Of a stretch of DNA of 64,000 nt, positions 51,647 to 64,000 are shown in pieces (position 1 is the first letter of the stretch; each line of letters opens with the position of its first letter). The stretch spans positions 88,600,001 through 88,664,000 of the forward strand of contig NC_087436.1 of the NCBI RefSeq assembly GCF_036321535.1. The letters run 5' to 3'. Both the position numbers and the translations under genes were made by a program. A model generated the notes under the pieces. That model ran no database searches and was not told the origin of the DNA. It saw only the letters and a list, made by a program, of their open reading frames with translations. The stretch is from Camelus dromedarius (Eukaryota).

Positions 51647-52251
51647 TAACTTTTTCTAATTTAGTTGGAATATTTAGTTGTAAAATAAATGAAAATTGTA
51701 TGTCATAAATTGCTTTATTGGCAGTTTCATTATCCATGTTTGGCCTTCAATTAGTTGTTTGGTTTGTTAAGGTATGGGACCTGGTAACGCCTACCCTCGT
51801 CTCCCACATTTTGTGTAACTACCAGTTCCTTTCGATAAGTAATAAATCATTCAGGCTCTGTATTTTCCCCTGCAAAACAGCTCCTTAGTTACCCTTTAGT
51901 ACCTGTTAGTGTTATATCGTACTAGACTGTCATCTAAAATTTTGATCGTAGGCTTCCCAGTTTTATCTTTGGTATATCTCAGAACTACAGGTGTATATTA
52001 CCCAATATTATTAAATTTTTTACACTTATTTTATTAGTTTGGCTTATTATTGATGATTGTTTGATCTTGAACTTCTATTATATTTTCATAAAGAGTTGGG
52101 GAGTGGAAATAGCATATCTTTGCTAAATAAAGACAATAAAAATTTTATTCATACTGGCAACCCAGAGGGTAGACTTACTGTCAAGGTAATGAAGGATAAA
52201 CTACAGGAGCTCTGTGTTCATGTTAATATTCACTTTTGTAACTATTTTTTT

Positions 52252-52386
52252 TTTGGGTGGGGAGGTAATTAGGTTTATTTCTTTCTTTACTTATTCTTAC
52301 TATTTTTTAATGGAGGTACTGGGGATTGAACCCGGGACCTCATGCATGCTAAGCACACACTCTACCACTGAGCTACACCCTCCCCC
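52252..52386 (-). mobile_element. tRNA-Ala-derived SINE (Vic-1-like), well preserved
   Basis: Intact A and B boxes; perfect 14-bp TSD gtaactattttttt at 52238-52251 and 52387-52400. Confidence 0.9.
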
Positions 52387-54547
52387 GTAACTATTTTTTT
52401 ATTTGTAATTTTGTTCTTTTCCTTAACAGAGCTCTCAAATTGTGTAAGATTCAGTCTTCAGAAAACCTGGATCCACATCAGACCTCCCCTATTACCATAA
52501 ATACTGATACATTTGTTAAATTGTGGGTAGTGTAGTTTTAAAAAACATTTTAGATATACTAGTTACTTTGCAAAAATAATTTTCTACCATATGTCAGTGA
52601 TTTTATTCCCATATTACCAATGGGAATATTGGAGTTAATGAAAGCAAAATGGTATGTTCAGACTTCACTTACCCTTAGGAAATGAAGCCAGGATTTGCAG
52701 CCTAGGATTTCTGATTTCTAAATTCAGTTCTTTTTCTATTGTTCTGAGTTTAGTCTCATAATAGTACTTTTAGATATATTGTTTGTTTTCTCTTCATTAA
52801 AAATTGGCTTCTCTGAAACAGTTTAAAATTTCAAAATCAACTAGTTTGGTATTACATATTATTTTTTTGTGAAAGGATTGTAGTGTTTAATAGAGACTTA
52901 AACGAGATATTCTGGCTTAATTTTAGAGATTTAAACTTTAATGTGCTCTTTCTCAACTTTGTTGTTCTCATTTCTATTTTATGTAGTCATTTTGCCACAG
53001 GGGTAGAAAATACCAGCTAAGAGAGGAATGAACCACCACTCTTAAGTCTAAAAGGGACAAAATTGAATCAAATATGTAATAATCTTTGCTTTCCATGCTT
53101 TACATTTTCTAAGAAAGAAAATAAATGACTATTCTGGTTAAGAACACATTTTGTTCATTCCTCATCAAGATGAAGCTAGAACTTGATAAAAATGTCAATA
53201 TTTTAAAATTAGTTGTTATCTAGAGATCAGACTTTTAAAATACATGTTTCTACTGAGGTATTGCTTGTTTATAAACAAGATATGGCATAATTACATTTCA
53301 TTGTTGGCATGCTGTTATTTTAAATAAAACTCATGGATTTGTACCTGTTGCCCTCTCCAGTCTCTTGGAACAATTCAGTCTCAATATTGATGGACAGCTT
53401 TAAGGTGTAGTGAGTTGCTTTTAAGCCACTTGTATCTAAGTTTAGTAATTTTCTTTTAGTAAAGGAAATTTTAATTCTTCCAACAAAATTCCATTTTTTA
53501 ATTCCAGATGAGACATGGTGTTTTGTTTTTGATTTTAAATTACAAGAACAGATATCTTTTGGTTACTCTGAGTATTAATGTGGCATTTATTTAGAAACAG
53601 AACATGTTCTCAGGAAAATGAAAATATATTGTATATGATACAAAAGAAATTTAAATGATGATGTGAAATTGTTCTTGTAGTGTAGTATACTAACAACTTA
53701 TTTGTCTGGAGGATAGTAGGGTTAGCACTTCTTTTGAGAATGAAGAGATTTATGACCTACAAACAAATTTAATAGAACTGAAGGTTAACACTTCTAGGAA
53801 CAAAATTTCTTCATTTTAATCTTGCTAGATTAAAATCTTTCTATTTTAGCAGAGAATATGAAACAGTATTTGAACTTTTTTTTTAACTTAGGCACATTTG
53901 AAATATATCCATTTTGTATTAGTTGCTGAGAAATATGAAATTCTTTATGTTCAAATATTTTTCCCCTTAATTCTAAATTTTTTTTGTAATAGTGATTTTT
54001 AATTAAGTTATTATTTAACATAAATTCTAGATCTTGAGTCATGTTTCTTGCTGCTGTGTTACCTACCCATAACCTGATTTCTTTCTTTGGTTTGCTATTG
54101 CTAATATATTTTGCTCATTTGTAGACTGGCCAGCCAAACTTTTAAAACATTGAGCATTATAAAATTGGAAAGAATATAAAGTTCAGGTGGTTAGTAGAAA
54201 GCTAGTATTGCTTTCTTTTTGTAGCTGTATTCTAGATATGTATTATGTAATACAGTAGCAACTGGCCATATGTGGTTATCTGAATGTTTAAAAATTATGA
54301 AATAAAGAATCATTTCTTCCTGAGTTGTATGTATTAACCACGTCTGAAGTGCTCACTCGCCATATGTGGTTAACGGCTACTAATGGACATGGCAGGTATA
54401 GAACACCTTCATCATCTCAGGAAATTATCTGGCAGAGCTGTTCGAGATAGTTGAAGTTGATTTTAGTAAAATCTTGTTTCTTACTAATACAAAGATAGAG
54501 CAGAGGTTACATTAAGATAAAAGTGATTGTGTATACTCTATTATTAA

Positions 54548-54886
<339 letters not shown>

Positions 54887-55032
54887 TAAATTTATGTAGG
54901 AACGTATTGGAAGGGATTGTCTTTTAAAGTATCCGTAAGGAAAGCTTTAGAAAATGCCAGTAGGTGTAGGAACTGAAAATTTTAACTTTTTGCTTCTGAT
55001 TTTTTTTTTTTTTAACTTTCATTGGATTCTAG

Positions 55033-55194
55033 GTCCCTGCCCTCCTTGTCCAAAGATGGTCACAACTACCTGTTTCTGTAGGAAAGCAAAACCTATCCCT
55101 CGTCGGTGCAGTGCTAAGGAATGGTCCTGTCAGCTGCCATGTGGGCGGAAGTTACTTTGTGGACAACATAAATGTGAAAATCCTTGTCATGCAG
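55033..55194 (+). CDS. NFXL1: NFXL1 coding exon 6
   Basis: tctag|...cag|gtaaat; [19 protein letters not shown]...CENPCHA. Confidence 0.96.
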
Positions 55195-55294
55195 GTAAAT
55201 GGTCATACCTGTTAGGTGTTCTGACCTTAAGCAAGAATGAAAGCAGTCTATTGTTCTTATAATGCTCTGTCCTAATTCATCATTTTGATTTTAG

Positions 55295-55395
55295 GAAGTT
55301 GTCCACCCTGTCCAAGAGTTAGTAGACAAAAGTGTGTCTGTGGCAAACAAGTAGCTGAAAGAAGCTGTGCAAGTCCACTGTGGCACTGTGATCAA
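55295..55395 (+). CDS. NFXL1: NFXL1 coding exon 7
   Basis: ttttag|...caa|gtaagt; [33 protein letters not shown]. Confidence 0.96.
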
Positions 55396-56052
55396 GTAAG
55401 TGCGTGTGCATTTTGGGGGATGTGTACTGAAGTATACAGAAAGCATAATGAGCAACTAGAAATGCTAATCAGGTTTAGTTGAATAAAAGGAGAGGAAGAA
55501 TAGCAACTCAGGGGAATTTTATTCATGTTTTTGGGGACTTTTAAAATTTAATATTGTTTTAATTACCAGGGGAAATTTTATTTTAAATTAACAGCTATTT
55601 GTTGAATTTCAGATTCAGTACATATGTACTCTCTTTCTTGCTAGCTGTCCCCACTCCCTCCTTCTCTTTTCCCTTTTCTTGAGTTAATCCAATTGAGGAA
55701 GTAAGATTGATTCTTTAGATTGTTTGTTTTGGAATTGGCATGATTTTAGTACCTTTCGGAAATCTTTGGTTAACGGCCATATGAAACTGTATGTTCTTTT
55801 TTCCTTTATTATATTTTTAAAATATACTCTCTGGTGCATAAGAAATGTGTGTGTGTATACATATGTGTGTATGTCTGTTATGCTTATGTATATATAAGTA
55901 TAATGTATATTATGCCTCTGTAAGCTATAAAGCTTAATAATATGAGGAACATAAAGAAGTGCTTATTGGTGAGTGAGAAATGATTATGTCATGTACAGAG
56001 TTTTTTGTTAATTTTTAAGTCTTTAATCAGTGCTTATTGCATTTTATTTTAG

Positions 56053-56167
56053 GTTTGTGGGAAAACACTGCCATGTGGTAATCATACGTGTGAGCAGGTT
56101 TGCCATGTAGGTGCTTGTGGAGAGTGTCCTCGATCTGGGAAAAGGTTCTGTCCATGTCAGAAGTCAA
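56053..56167 (+). CDS. NFXL1: NFXL1 coding exon 8
   Basis: ttttag|...a|gtaaga; [38 protein letters not shown]. Confidence 0.96.
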
Positions 56168-57175
56168 GTAAGACTTTTTTTTAACCTTTAATGGGTTTAT
56201 GCTAATTAGAGTATTTTCCTAATTAAATTAGGTTTCTCTGGTAGTTCATAATGTAGTTTCAACAATAATATAAATTTGATAGATTTCTGTATATTTGGAT
56301 GAGAGGACAATATAGCATAGTGGATTAAGAACTCAGATTCTGGAGTTGGGCATATTTGGATTCAGATCCCACCTTCATGAACTGCAGTTTTCTCAAGTTA
56401 AATGGGGACAATAATAGTACTTTCTTTATAAGATAATTGTGAGAATTAAATGATAAAATGGACATAAAGTATTTAGTATAGTGCCCAGCACATGCAGGAA
56501 ACCTCATTATCATAAGCTATTGTCATTATTGTGTATTAGATTATAGGTGAATTTAATTTTGGCTACTTTGAGATAAAGGGTTGCATTTGGAGTTCACTGT
56601 CCTGACTCTGCATCAGTACCAGCACACTTGCTTACAAGATTATTATCAATATTTTTCATAATATGTTTATGTTGAAGCTCAGTTTCATAGTGTTTTAAAA
56701 TCTAGATCTTTTTTTTTAACCTATAATGTTGTTTAGAGCAAGTTTTTTTATTTTGGAAGGAAAAGGTTATTAGGGGTATGCTACCACAGACAGCAGCAGG
56801 CCACACAGACGAGAGGTGCCTGTGTGAGCCTAGAGCAATTTTTTTTTTTATTGTTCTATATATTATAGAAATTTTTGTAGTGATTTACATGGTCTTATTT
56901 CTTTAGAAAGGTAATTTTGAAGTAATTAGCTCATAAAAATGTGCTCCTTGAGTTTGATAACTTGTCATGTGTGGGTTTCTTTTTAAAAATACAAACTTGA
57001 AAAATATTAGGGATTATTTTCATCAAAGTTAACTTTTACCGATAATTATGTAGACGCAAAAATTCATAGTCTGAAAGAGCTGTCATTCTTTGGAAAGTCA
57101 AAAGAAAATTGCACATTATTAAGTCTTTATAATAATGAATGTTATCATTAATGCTGACTTTCTGTCTGCTTTTAG

Positions 57176-57300
57176 AGTTTTCTTTGCCTTGTACAGAAGA
57201 TGTACCAACTTGTGGAGATAGTTGTGACAAAGTACTTGAATGTGGAATCCACAGATGTTCACAGCGTTGTCACCGAGGTCCTTGTGAAACATGCAGACAA
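57176..57300 (+). CDS. NFXL1: NFXL1 coding exon 9
   Basis: ttttag|...caa|gttagt; [41 protein letters not shown]. Confidence 0.96.
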
Positions 57301-57945
57301 GTTAGTAATCTCCTGTAATAATTACTCTTAAGAGCTGTCTGTCATAATATGTCAAATGGGATTGTTCTGTAATTGTTTTCATAAACATCTATGTCATGAC
57401 CTAATATTTATGATGAAGAAACAGGAGAGTATGCCAGTAATTAAATCTGAAATTACCTTTTCTTGTTTTGCCTGATGAAAGTTTGAATGTTGTCATTTTC
57501 AGTCTGGTGAGGGGTTGTTTGTTCCCAGAAGACATTCAGAGCAGTGATGAATTAGGCCTAGTGATGATGGGGAAAAAAAAGGCCTAGATGCCATTTTGGT
57601 TTTGAAATACTGCTGGGTAATCCAGTTTTCTTGTTTTACTGAAATTAGATGTGCAGTTGTTTTGGTGTAACTAGATGTAAAGGATTTTAATGTATGATAT
57701 TATTTTACTATTTAATTTCAAATTCTTACTAAATTTAATAATGGAAATTCCATGAAGTCTTTTTGGAATAAAGTAATACAAATAAATGTCTTAGGAAATT
57801 CAGCTTTATTTTTTTTTAAAGTCTTTCATACAAAAGACTCTTAAAACTTTTCTCTTTCATTTTTTGTAATTATAGAGACTGCAATGTGGAAAAAAAAATC
57901 ATGTCAACAAACGTCAATTTTAATAGCATTATTTGATTCTTCCAG

Positions 57946-58068
57946 GAAGTGGAAAAGCATTGTCGCTGTGGAAAGCATACAAAGCGAATGCCATGTCATA
58001 AATCTTACCTGTGTGAAACTAAGTGTGTTAAGATGCGTGACTGTCAGAAGCATCAGTGTAGGAGAAAG
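57946..58068 (+). CDS. NFXL1: NFXL1 coding exon 10
   Basis: ttccag|...aag|gtaata; [41 protein letters not shown]. Confidence 0.96.
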
Positions 58069-58519
58069 GTAATAAGCTTGGAAAACTGATTTTAAAATTC
58101 TCTTGAATTTTCCTTTTTTGGGCCTGTGATAAATGCCATCTTGACTTGTTCCTCAAATATTCAGGCATATTCTTTGCTTTCCATATGAAATATTAATAAA
58201 TATTCTAGATTATTGTTTGTATTTGTAGGAAATCTTACCAAGGTTTTTAAATAACAAGGGTATCTGTTTGTCTTGTATATAATTCTTTCGACTTGGTTCT
58301 TGGGCTGTTTTTGTTCCCTGACTGTAAAATATCATAGCCGTGTTAGTGATAGTTCGTTTGGTATGGTGGAGGCTTAACTTCTGTTTTCAAATCTTATTTA
58401 CAGAAATTTGGTTCAGTATGAGTCCAGCTGGAATATATTATTGAGTCTGTAGATTTGCAGGTTTTTTTGAGTCCCTTTTTTATGAATTATCCCTCTATCT
58501 CCTTGGTGAGATTCCTTGG

Positions 58520-60230
58520 TCTTAAATCTATTAGATATAGTGATTTCAACTTTGTTTTGCTTAGTGTTAATATGGTATGTCTTTTCCATTCTTTTACTTT
58601 TAACTTACTTATATCTTTATATTTAAAATAGATTTCTTATAGACAGCATTTAGATAATTGTTTTATTCAATCTTTGTCATTTAATTCAGGTGTAGGTCAT
58701 TTACATTTATTGTGATCTTTAATAAAATGGTTGGATTTAAATCTATCATTTTGCTGTTTATCTTCTATTTGCCCATCTTTTCTTTGTTCCTTTTCCCTCT
58801 TTTGTGTCTTTTATTTGATTGAGTGTTATTTTTCAATGATTCCATTTTAACTTCTTTATTCGATTCTCAGACAATTTTATACCCATATATTTTATAAACC
58901 TCAAATACATTGTTTTTATTTTTGCTTTAAACAGTCAAGTATTTTTTAAAGAGTTTGAAAAAATAAGAAGTAGTAGTGTTTTATATTTATCATCAAATTA
59001 ATAATTTTTGGTGCTTTTCATCATTTTATTTAGGTTCAGGTTTTTATCTGGTTTAATTTTCTTTTGTCTGAAGGACTTCCTTTAACATTTCTTGTAGTGC
59101 TGCTCATAAATTCTTCCAACATTTATAAAAAATCTTCAGCTTTTGTTTGTGAGAAATATTCTTACTGTAGAATTTTAGTTTGCTAGAATTTTTTCCGCCA
59201 TACGTTAAACATGTTGCTCCATTATCTTTGCTATCCTTGTTCTTTTGTATGTAATATGTCTTTTTTCTTTGGCTATTTTTAAAGATTTTTCTCTTTTATC
59301 ATTAGTCTTCAGCAGTTCGTGTGTGCTGTTCCTTTCTATAGTTTTCTTCATGTTTCTTAGCTCAGTTTTTGTTGAGCTTCTTAGGTCTATTTATAATTTT
59401 CAACAAATTTGTGAAATTTTCAATCTTTATTTCTTCAGATATTTCCTCCCACCCATTGCCTTCTGAGACTCCCATGACGTGTATGTCATGCTACTTGAAG
59501 TCCCAAAGGTCACTGATACTCTGTTTATTATTTAATTTCCATATTTTATGTTGGCGTGTATAACTTTGTCTTCAAGTTTACTAATTTTCGTCTTCATTGT
59601 TTAGTCCCATTGTTTATCCCATCATGTGCTTTTTCATCTCAGATGATATTTTTTCATCTCTGAGACTTGGAGTTGTATCTTTTTTTTATGTCTTCCATAT
59701 CTGTTCTTTGTATGCTCGTGCTTTCCTCTATTTTCTTGAATGTACATCTGGGCTGTACTTCTAATGCCTTTTTAATGTCCTTGTCTTCTAATTCTGTCAT
59801 CTGTCATTTCTGGCTCTATTCTTGTTGATTGACTTTCCTTTTCCTTTTGGATTATGTTTTCCTGCTTCTTTGTGTGCTGGGTGACTTTTGATTGGTTCCC
59901 AGACTTTGTGAACTTTCTATTTTATGCTACACTTCTCCACAAATTCTCTCCACGCTGACTTCTCTGAACTATGAATTTTGTCTGCTCATCTTGGTGAGAC
60001 CACTGGACTCTCCTTGTGATCTTTCACCCTGAGCTGCAGCCTGGAATCCTCCAGGTCTAAGTTTGTGCTATCATAGGACTCACCTTGTTTGTTTCTCTTC
60101 TCATAGGGGTTTTTGTCCTGTGCTGCCCAATTGTCTAATGTCTGAAAACTGTTGTTTCATGTATTTTGTCTGATTTTCCAGTTGTTTAAGGCAGGAGAGT
60201 AAATCTGGTCATTATTACTCATCACAGTGA
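58520..60230 (-). mobile_element. Ancient L1 fragment(s)
   Basis: T-rich strand bias; ttgcttagtgttaatatggtatgtcttttccattcttttacttttaac and gaaggacttcctttaacatttcttgtagtgc motifs. Confidence 0.75.
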
Positions 60231-61111
60231 GAGAAATTTCTAAAGGCTTACTCACATCATGGACCATATAATCGTCTTTTCCCCACTGCCACTGGGAAGG
60301 TGATAGATAGGCACGTGGTATTACTTAGTGAGAAATATTTGCCTAACTGAATGAAGTATTTTTAATTGCTTTTCAACAATATGTATTTTGTTTTGAGCTA
60401 TTTTTATATACTGAAACTTGTCCTTAAGTAGGTAATAATCTTAAGTTTCCTTAAGACAATTGTAGTCTGTATTTTTTTTGCAAGGTTTGGATATATGAGA
60501 GGTCAGAATGGCAAGATGGACTTTTAAGTAGTTGCCTTGTGTTTGTGAATGAAAATTGGGGTAGGTCATAGACAGCTGTATTTGTCACAGATTGGAAATC
60601 AGGGAAGTAACGAAATAAAGCTAGAAGCCATTAGCCTACCTCTGCTTCTCTCCTTTAGTGTCTCATTCTATGGTTTGAAAATAACTGCCAAACTAATCTA
60701 TACATTGAACTGGTTTTATTTTAATTAAATTTTAAAAATAGCCAGATTAATTCTTTGCCTGAATTGACGATATGATTTGACCAGATCCATTCCTGTGGTT
60801 AATGTCTATCTCTGTGTAGATAAATAGAAGAGAAACTATCTTATGGAACTATTTTAAATCATTGAATAATTAACTAAAGGGCAAGAAAATTTAGCTTGAT
60901 TTCACTAAATAAGGTCATTGTCTTTATAAACTTACAAGGTCTTAGTACAATGTATTCTGCACAAGAATGTTGATACTCTTGAATACTTCTGTTCTTACAG
61001 TGAAAAGAACTATCTTTTGACTTCCCTAAGTTCTGTGAATAAGTAGTAATGACATTCATATTATGTATGATTTTCAAATTACCTGTTCTTTATATATTGC
61101 TTTCCCTTTAG

Positions 61112-61202
61112 TGTTGCCCTGGAAACTGTCCACCTTGTGATCAAAACTGTGGACGGACTTTAGGATGTAGAAACCATAAGTGTCCATCTGTCTGCCATAG
61201 AG
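61112..61202 (+). CDS. NFXL1: NFXL1 coding exon 11
   Basis: ctttag|...g|gtaaaa; [30 protein letters not shown]. Confidence 0.96.
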
Positions 61203-61599
61203 GTAAAATTTAACATAGCTGTGATTTTATGTTTATATTTACATAGTGCTTTATAGTTGACAGAGAGCTTTCACATTTATTATCTTACTCTTAAAAATCT
61301 TGAGAAGTTAGGGCAGTCACCAATGCTCTTATTTTATGGACAAGAAAATTTAAACTAAAGAGGATGTGACTTACTTAGGGAAATATTTAGTAAAGCAATA
61401 TAGCCAAGATTTGAACCCAGGCCTTCTAAATGTAGGCTTTTTGTTCTTTCTGTAACACCATGTTGTTTCCTTACTTCTTCGTGACTTTCCTCATGAAGTT
61501 TTTAAATTAATTAATATATTCTTAGGTTTGTCAGTATTATTTTGAATTTTAGACATTTATATGAAATTAAGCCTTATAAGGGATTGGATATATTCTAAC

Positions 61600-61960
61600 C
61601 AGTGGTTCTCAAAATTTTTGTTCTCAAGACCCCTTTACAGTCTTTTTAGACCAAAAGACCTTTTGTTAATGTGGGTTTTACCTGCTGACATTTATTGTAT
61701 TTGAATTAAAATAAAGTATAGTAACATTTATTATTTTATTTAAAATTAGGAATAACCCATTACATCTTAATACAGTAACATTTTCTATGAAAAATAACTA
61801 TTTTCTGGAAAAAATTTAGAATAGTATTCTATATTTTTGCAAATGTCTTTAATGTCTAGTTTAATAGAAGATAGCTAGATTCACGTATCTGCTTCTGCGT
61901 TCAATCTGTTGTGATATCACATGTTACATAGCTTCTGGAAAATTTTAATCTATGCATATG
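61600..61960. mobile_element. hAT-Charlie DNA transposon relic
   Basis: Terminal cagtggttctcaaa...agacccctttaca; tatctgcttctgcgttcaatctgttgtgata. Confidence 0.65.
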
Positions 61961-62579
61961 AGACCTTGCATACCACCTGAAAGGGGTGGCTAAGTCATTA
62001 GACATTGAAAACTGAGTTAACTTTACTCTTTTGGAGTATGCTGATATGAAATGGAATCTATTGAAATGTAGTAGAATGTAGTGGAGAGAGCATGGACTTA
62101 AGTTAGGAGGTCCTGACTCAAGTCTGGGCTTAGTTTAGTAGCTTTATGACTTGAGATAAATTCCTGTACTGTTTTTTGTTGTCTTCTTTTAGGAATAGGT
62201 GGATGCTGGATTACCTCCCGTAACGTCTTAATCCTCTCAGAAATCTTATAATGTATGTGATATTGTTGTTGTTTTCTATAATGAGGAAGCAGGTACAGAG
62301 GCTATTGGTCCAGAGTCATAGAACTAGTTGCAAAGTCAGGATGTGAACCTACACTTCAATAATATTACACCATATTGCCTCCCCATGAGTAAAAGTGGCA
62401 AATTCTATTAACCCCATAGACATTTCCCTGTGGATATTCTCTGATCTCTCAGTGTCTTTAGGTTGCAAAGTTTAGAACTAGTTTTTCAGTTTGCATCATC
62501 ACGAAAAGGATTTTATTCCCTTTTATAGTTAATTTACATCATTGACGCATTAAATTTGAATTTTATGAACAGTCTGAAG

Positions 62580-63090
62580 TTAGTCATTAATTCATTCAAT
62601 AAGTATTTTGGGGTGTCTCCCAAGTACCGGCATTGGGATTACATGAGAGAATAATTTTGATAAAGTACTTGCTTTTGGGGAACTTATTTTTTTATTCCAC
62701 CTCAGTTAGAATAAAATAAATAACAAATTAGTATAGAATATCAGGGACAAGTATAGAAAGAAAATTAGAGTAAAGTTAAAATTGTGATAGTCTGGGTGGT
62801 ATGTACTGTTCTAAACAGTGTGGTCAGAGGAGAACACTGAAATGATGACATGTGAAGGGAATCTTGAGAGAAGTAGGGGATCAAGCCCTGTGGAAATGGG
62901 GTTGGGGTAGTGTGATTGCAGAGGCCTTGAGGCGGGAACACCTGAAGGAGGACTGAAGTAGTTGCTCCAGGGGACACATAGTGGGAGATGAGTTCAAAGA
63001 GATGGTGGGATGACGGATTGCTGGGGAAAGGAGAATATGTGTAGGGCCTGGTAGACCACTGTTATAATATGAGCTTCACTTTAAGTAGAA
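62580..63090 (-). mobile_element. L2 relic
   Basis: ttcattcaataagtatt end motif; gtagggcctggtagaccact. Confidence 0.6.
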
Positions 63091-63189
63091 AAGCAGACTA
63101 GTTATATGACCATGAAAGAAACTGGATCAGAAGTTTAGAATTTTCTTAGCAGGAAAACACCAGGCATAGTTGATTTTTACACATGAGTT

Positions 63190-63312
63190 TAAAAAAAAAT
63201 TTTTATTGAAGTGTAGTTGATTTACAATATTAGTTTCAGTTGTACAGCAAAGTTATTCAGTTATATATGTACATACATATATATTTTTTTCTTTTCAGAT
63301 TTTTTTCCATTA
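63190..63312 (-). mobile_element. Short L1 3' end with TSD
   Basis: ttttattgaagtgtagttgatttacaat...; ttacacatga repeated at ~63177 and ~63313. Confidence 0.8.
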
Positions 63313-63449
63313 TTACACATGATTTTTAACAAATGAACATTTAAGGTGTATATATATATATAAAAGTTCAGTCTCTTTATAAAATATTTGATAGTATATG
63401 TAAAAAAGGAATGTGCCCTAGCTTATCATCTTACAAGGAAAGGAAGAGA

Positions 63450-64000
63450 AAATTATAGTCCAGTCTAACTCATGAACATGTTTGTAAAATATTCAAGTTT
63501 TAGCCACTCAAATCCAGCTATCTGGTACTATAGTATTACCTATCCAAAACCTTAATCTATCATAACCAAGTTGGGTTTATTGCTATCAGATTAACAGATT
63601 AAAGGAGAAATAAGATCATTTTAGTAAGTGTTTCAAAAACAGTTGATAAAATTCAACATCCATATATGATGAAAACCTAACTAGAAATACAAGAGAGCAA
63701 TCCTTAACCTGATGCAGATTATCTGCAGAAAGGCTAGAGCAAGTATCATACTTGGTGGAGAAATGTTGAAAGCATATCCCCCCTTGTGTAATTTTGAGCC
63801 AAATCCTGTAAATACTTCATTATGCATCTCTAAAAGATGGATTCTTAACCTGAAAATAGTTTATCTATTTCTTAATATCAGCAAATATCTGGTGTCACCT
63901 TGTTGTCTCATGAATACCTTCATCTTTTACTTCAGTTTGTATGACTCAAAAACCTAGTGAGATTGACGTTGTAATTGGTTGATGTCTCTAAAGTCTATTA
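63450..64000 (+). mobile_element. Old L1 ORF2 fragment (runs off window)
   Basis: cataaccaagttgggtttat and gttgataaaattcaacatcca resemble the RT region of the 10445-13647 L1. Confidence 0.7.

Noticed and set aside
52311..52382. Possible genuine tRNA-Ala gene (also the other four copies)
   Set aside because: Mismatched acceptor stem, shared SINE tail and TSDs show these are SINEs

Overview
Mammalian genomic DNA, most likely camelid (inferred from five copies of a tRNA-Ala-derived SINE matching the Vic-1 family and bovine-like CNGA1 residues). It holds two spliced plus-strand genes. The complete CNGA1 coding region (rod cGMP-gated channel alpha subunit; 8 coding exons, 17174-28802, 687 aa when spliced) is followed by the CpG-island promoter and first 11 coding exons of NFXL1 (from 42990, running off the window). 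The rest is intron/intergenic DNA rich in L1, L2, MIR, LTR/ERVL and hAT relics. The most notable signals are L1-mediated retroposition products not shown by the ORF track: (1) a decayed, 5'-truncated, intronless GPX1 retrocopy with a SECIS remnant, antisense in CNGA1 just before its first coding exon; (2) a 1.56-kb TSD-flanked 3'UTR-like retrocopy in sense orientation just behind the CNGA1 poly(A) signals; (3) a probable L1 3' transduction; (4) a 156-bp mRNA-end-like insertion inside an L1. I see no evidence for a wholly new multi-gene system. Repeat family names and ortholog comparisons come from memory, not from a database search.
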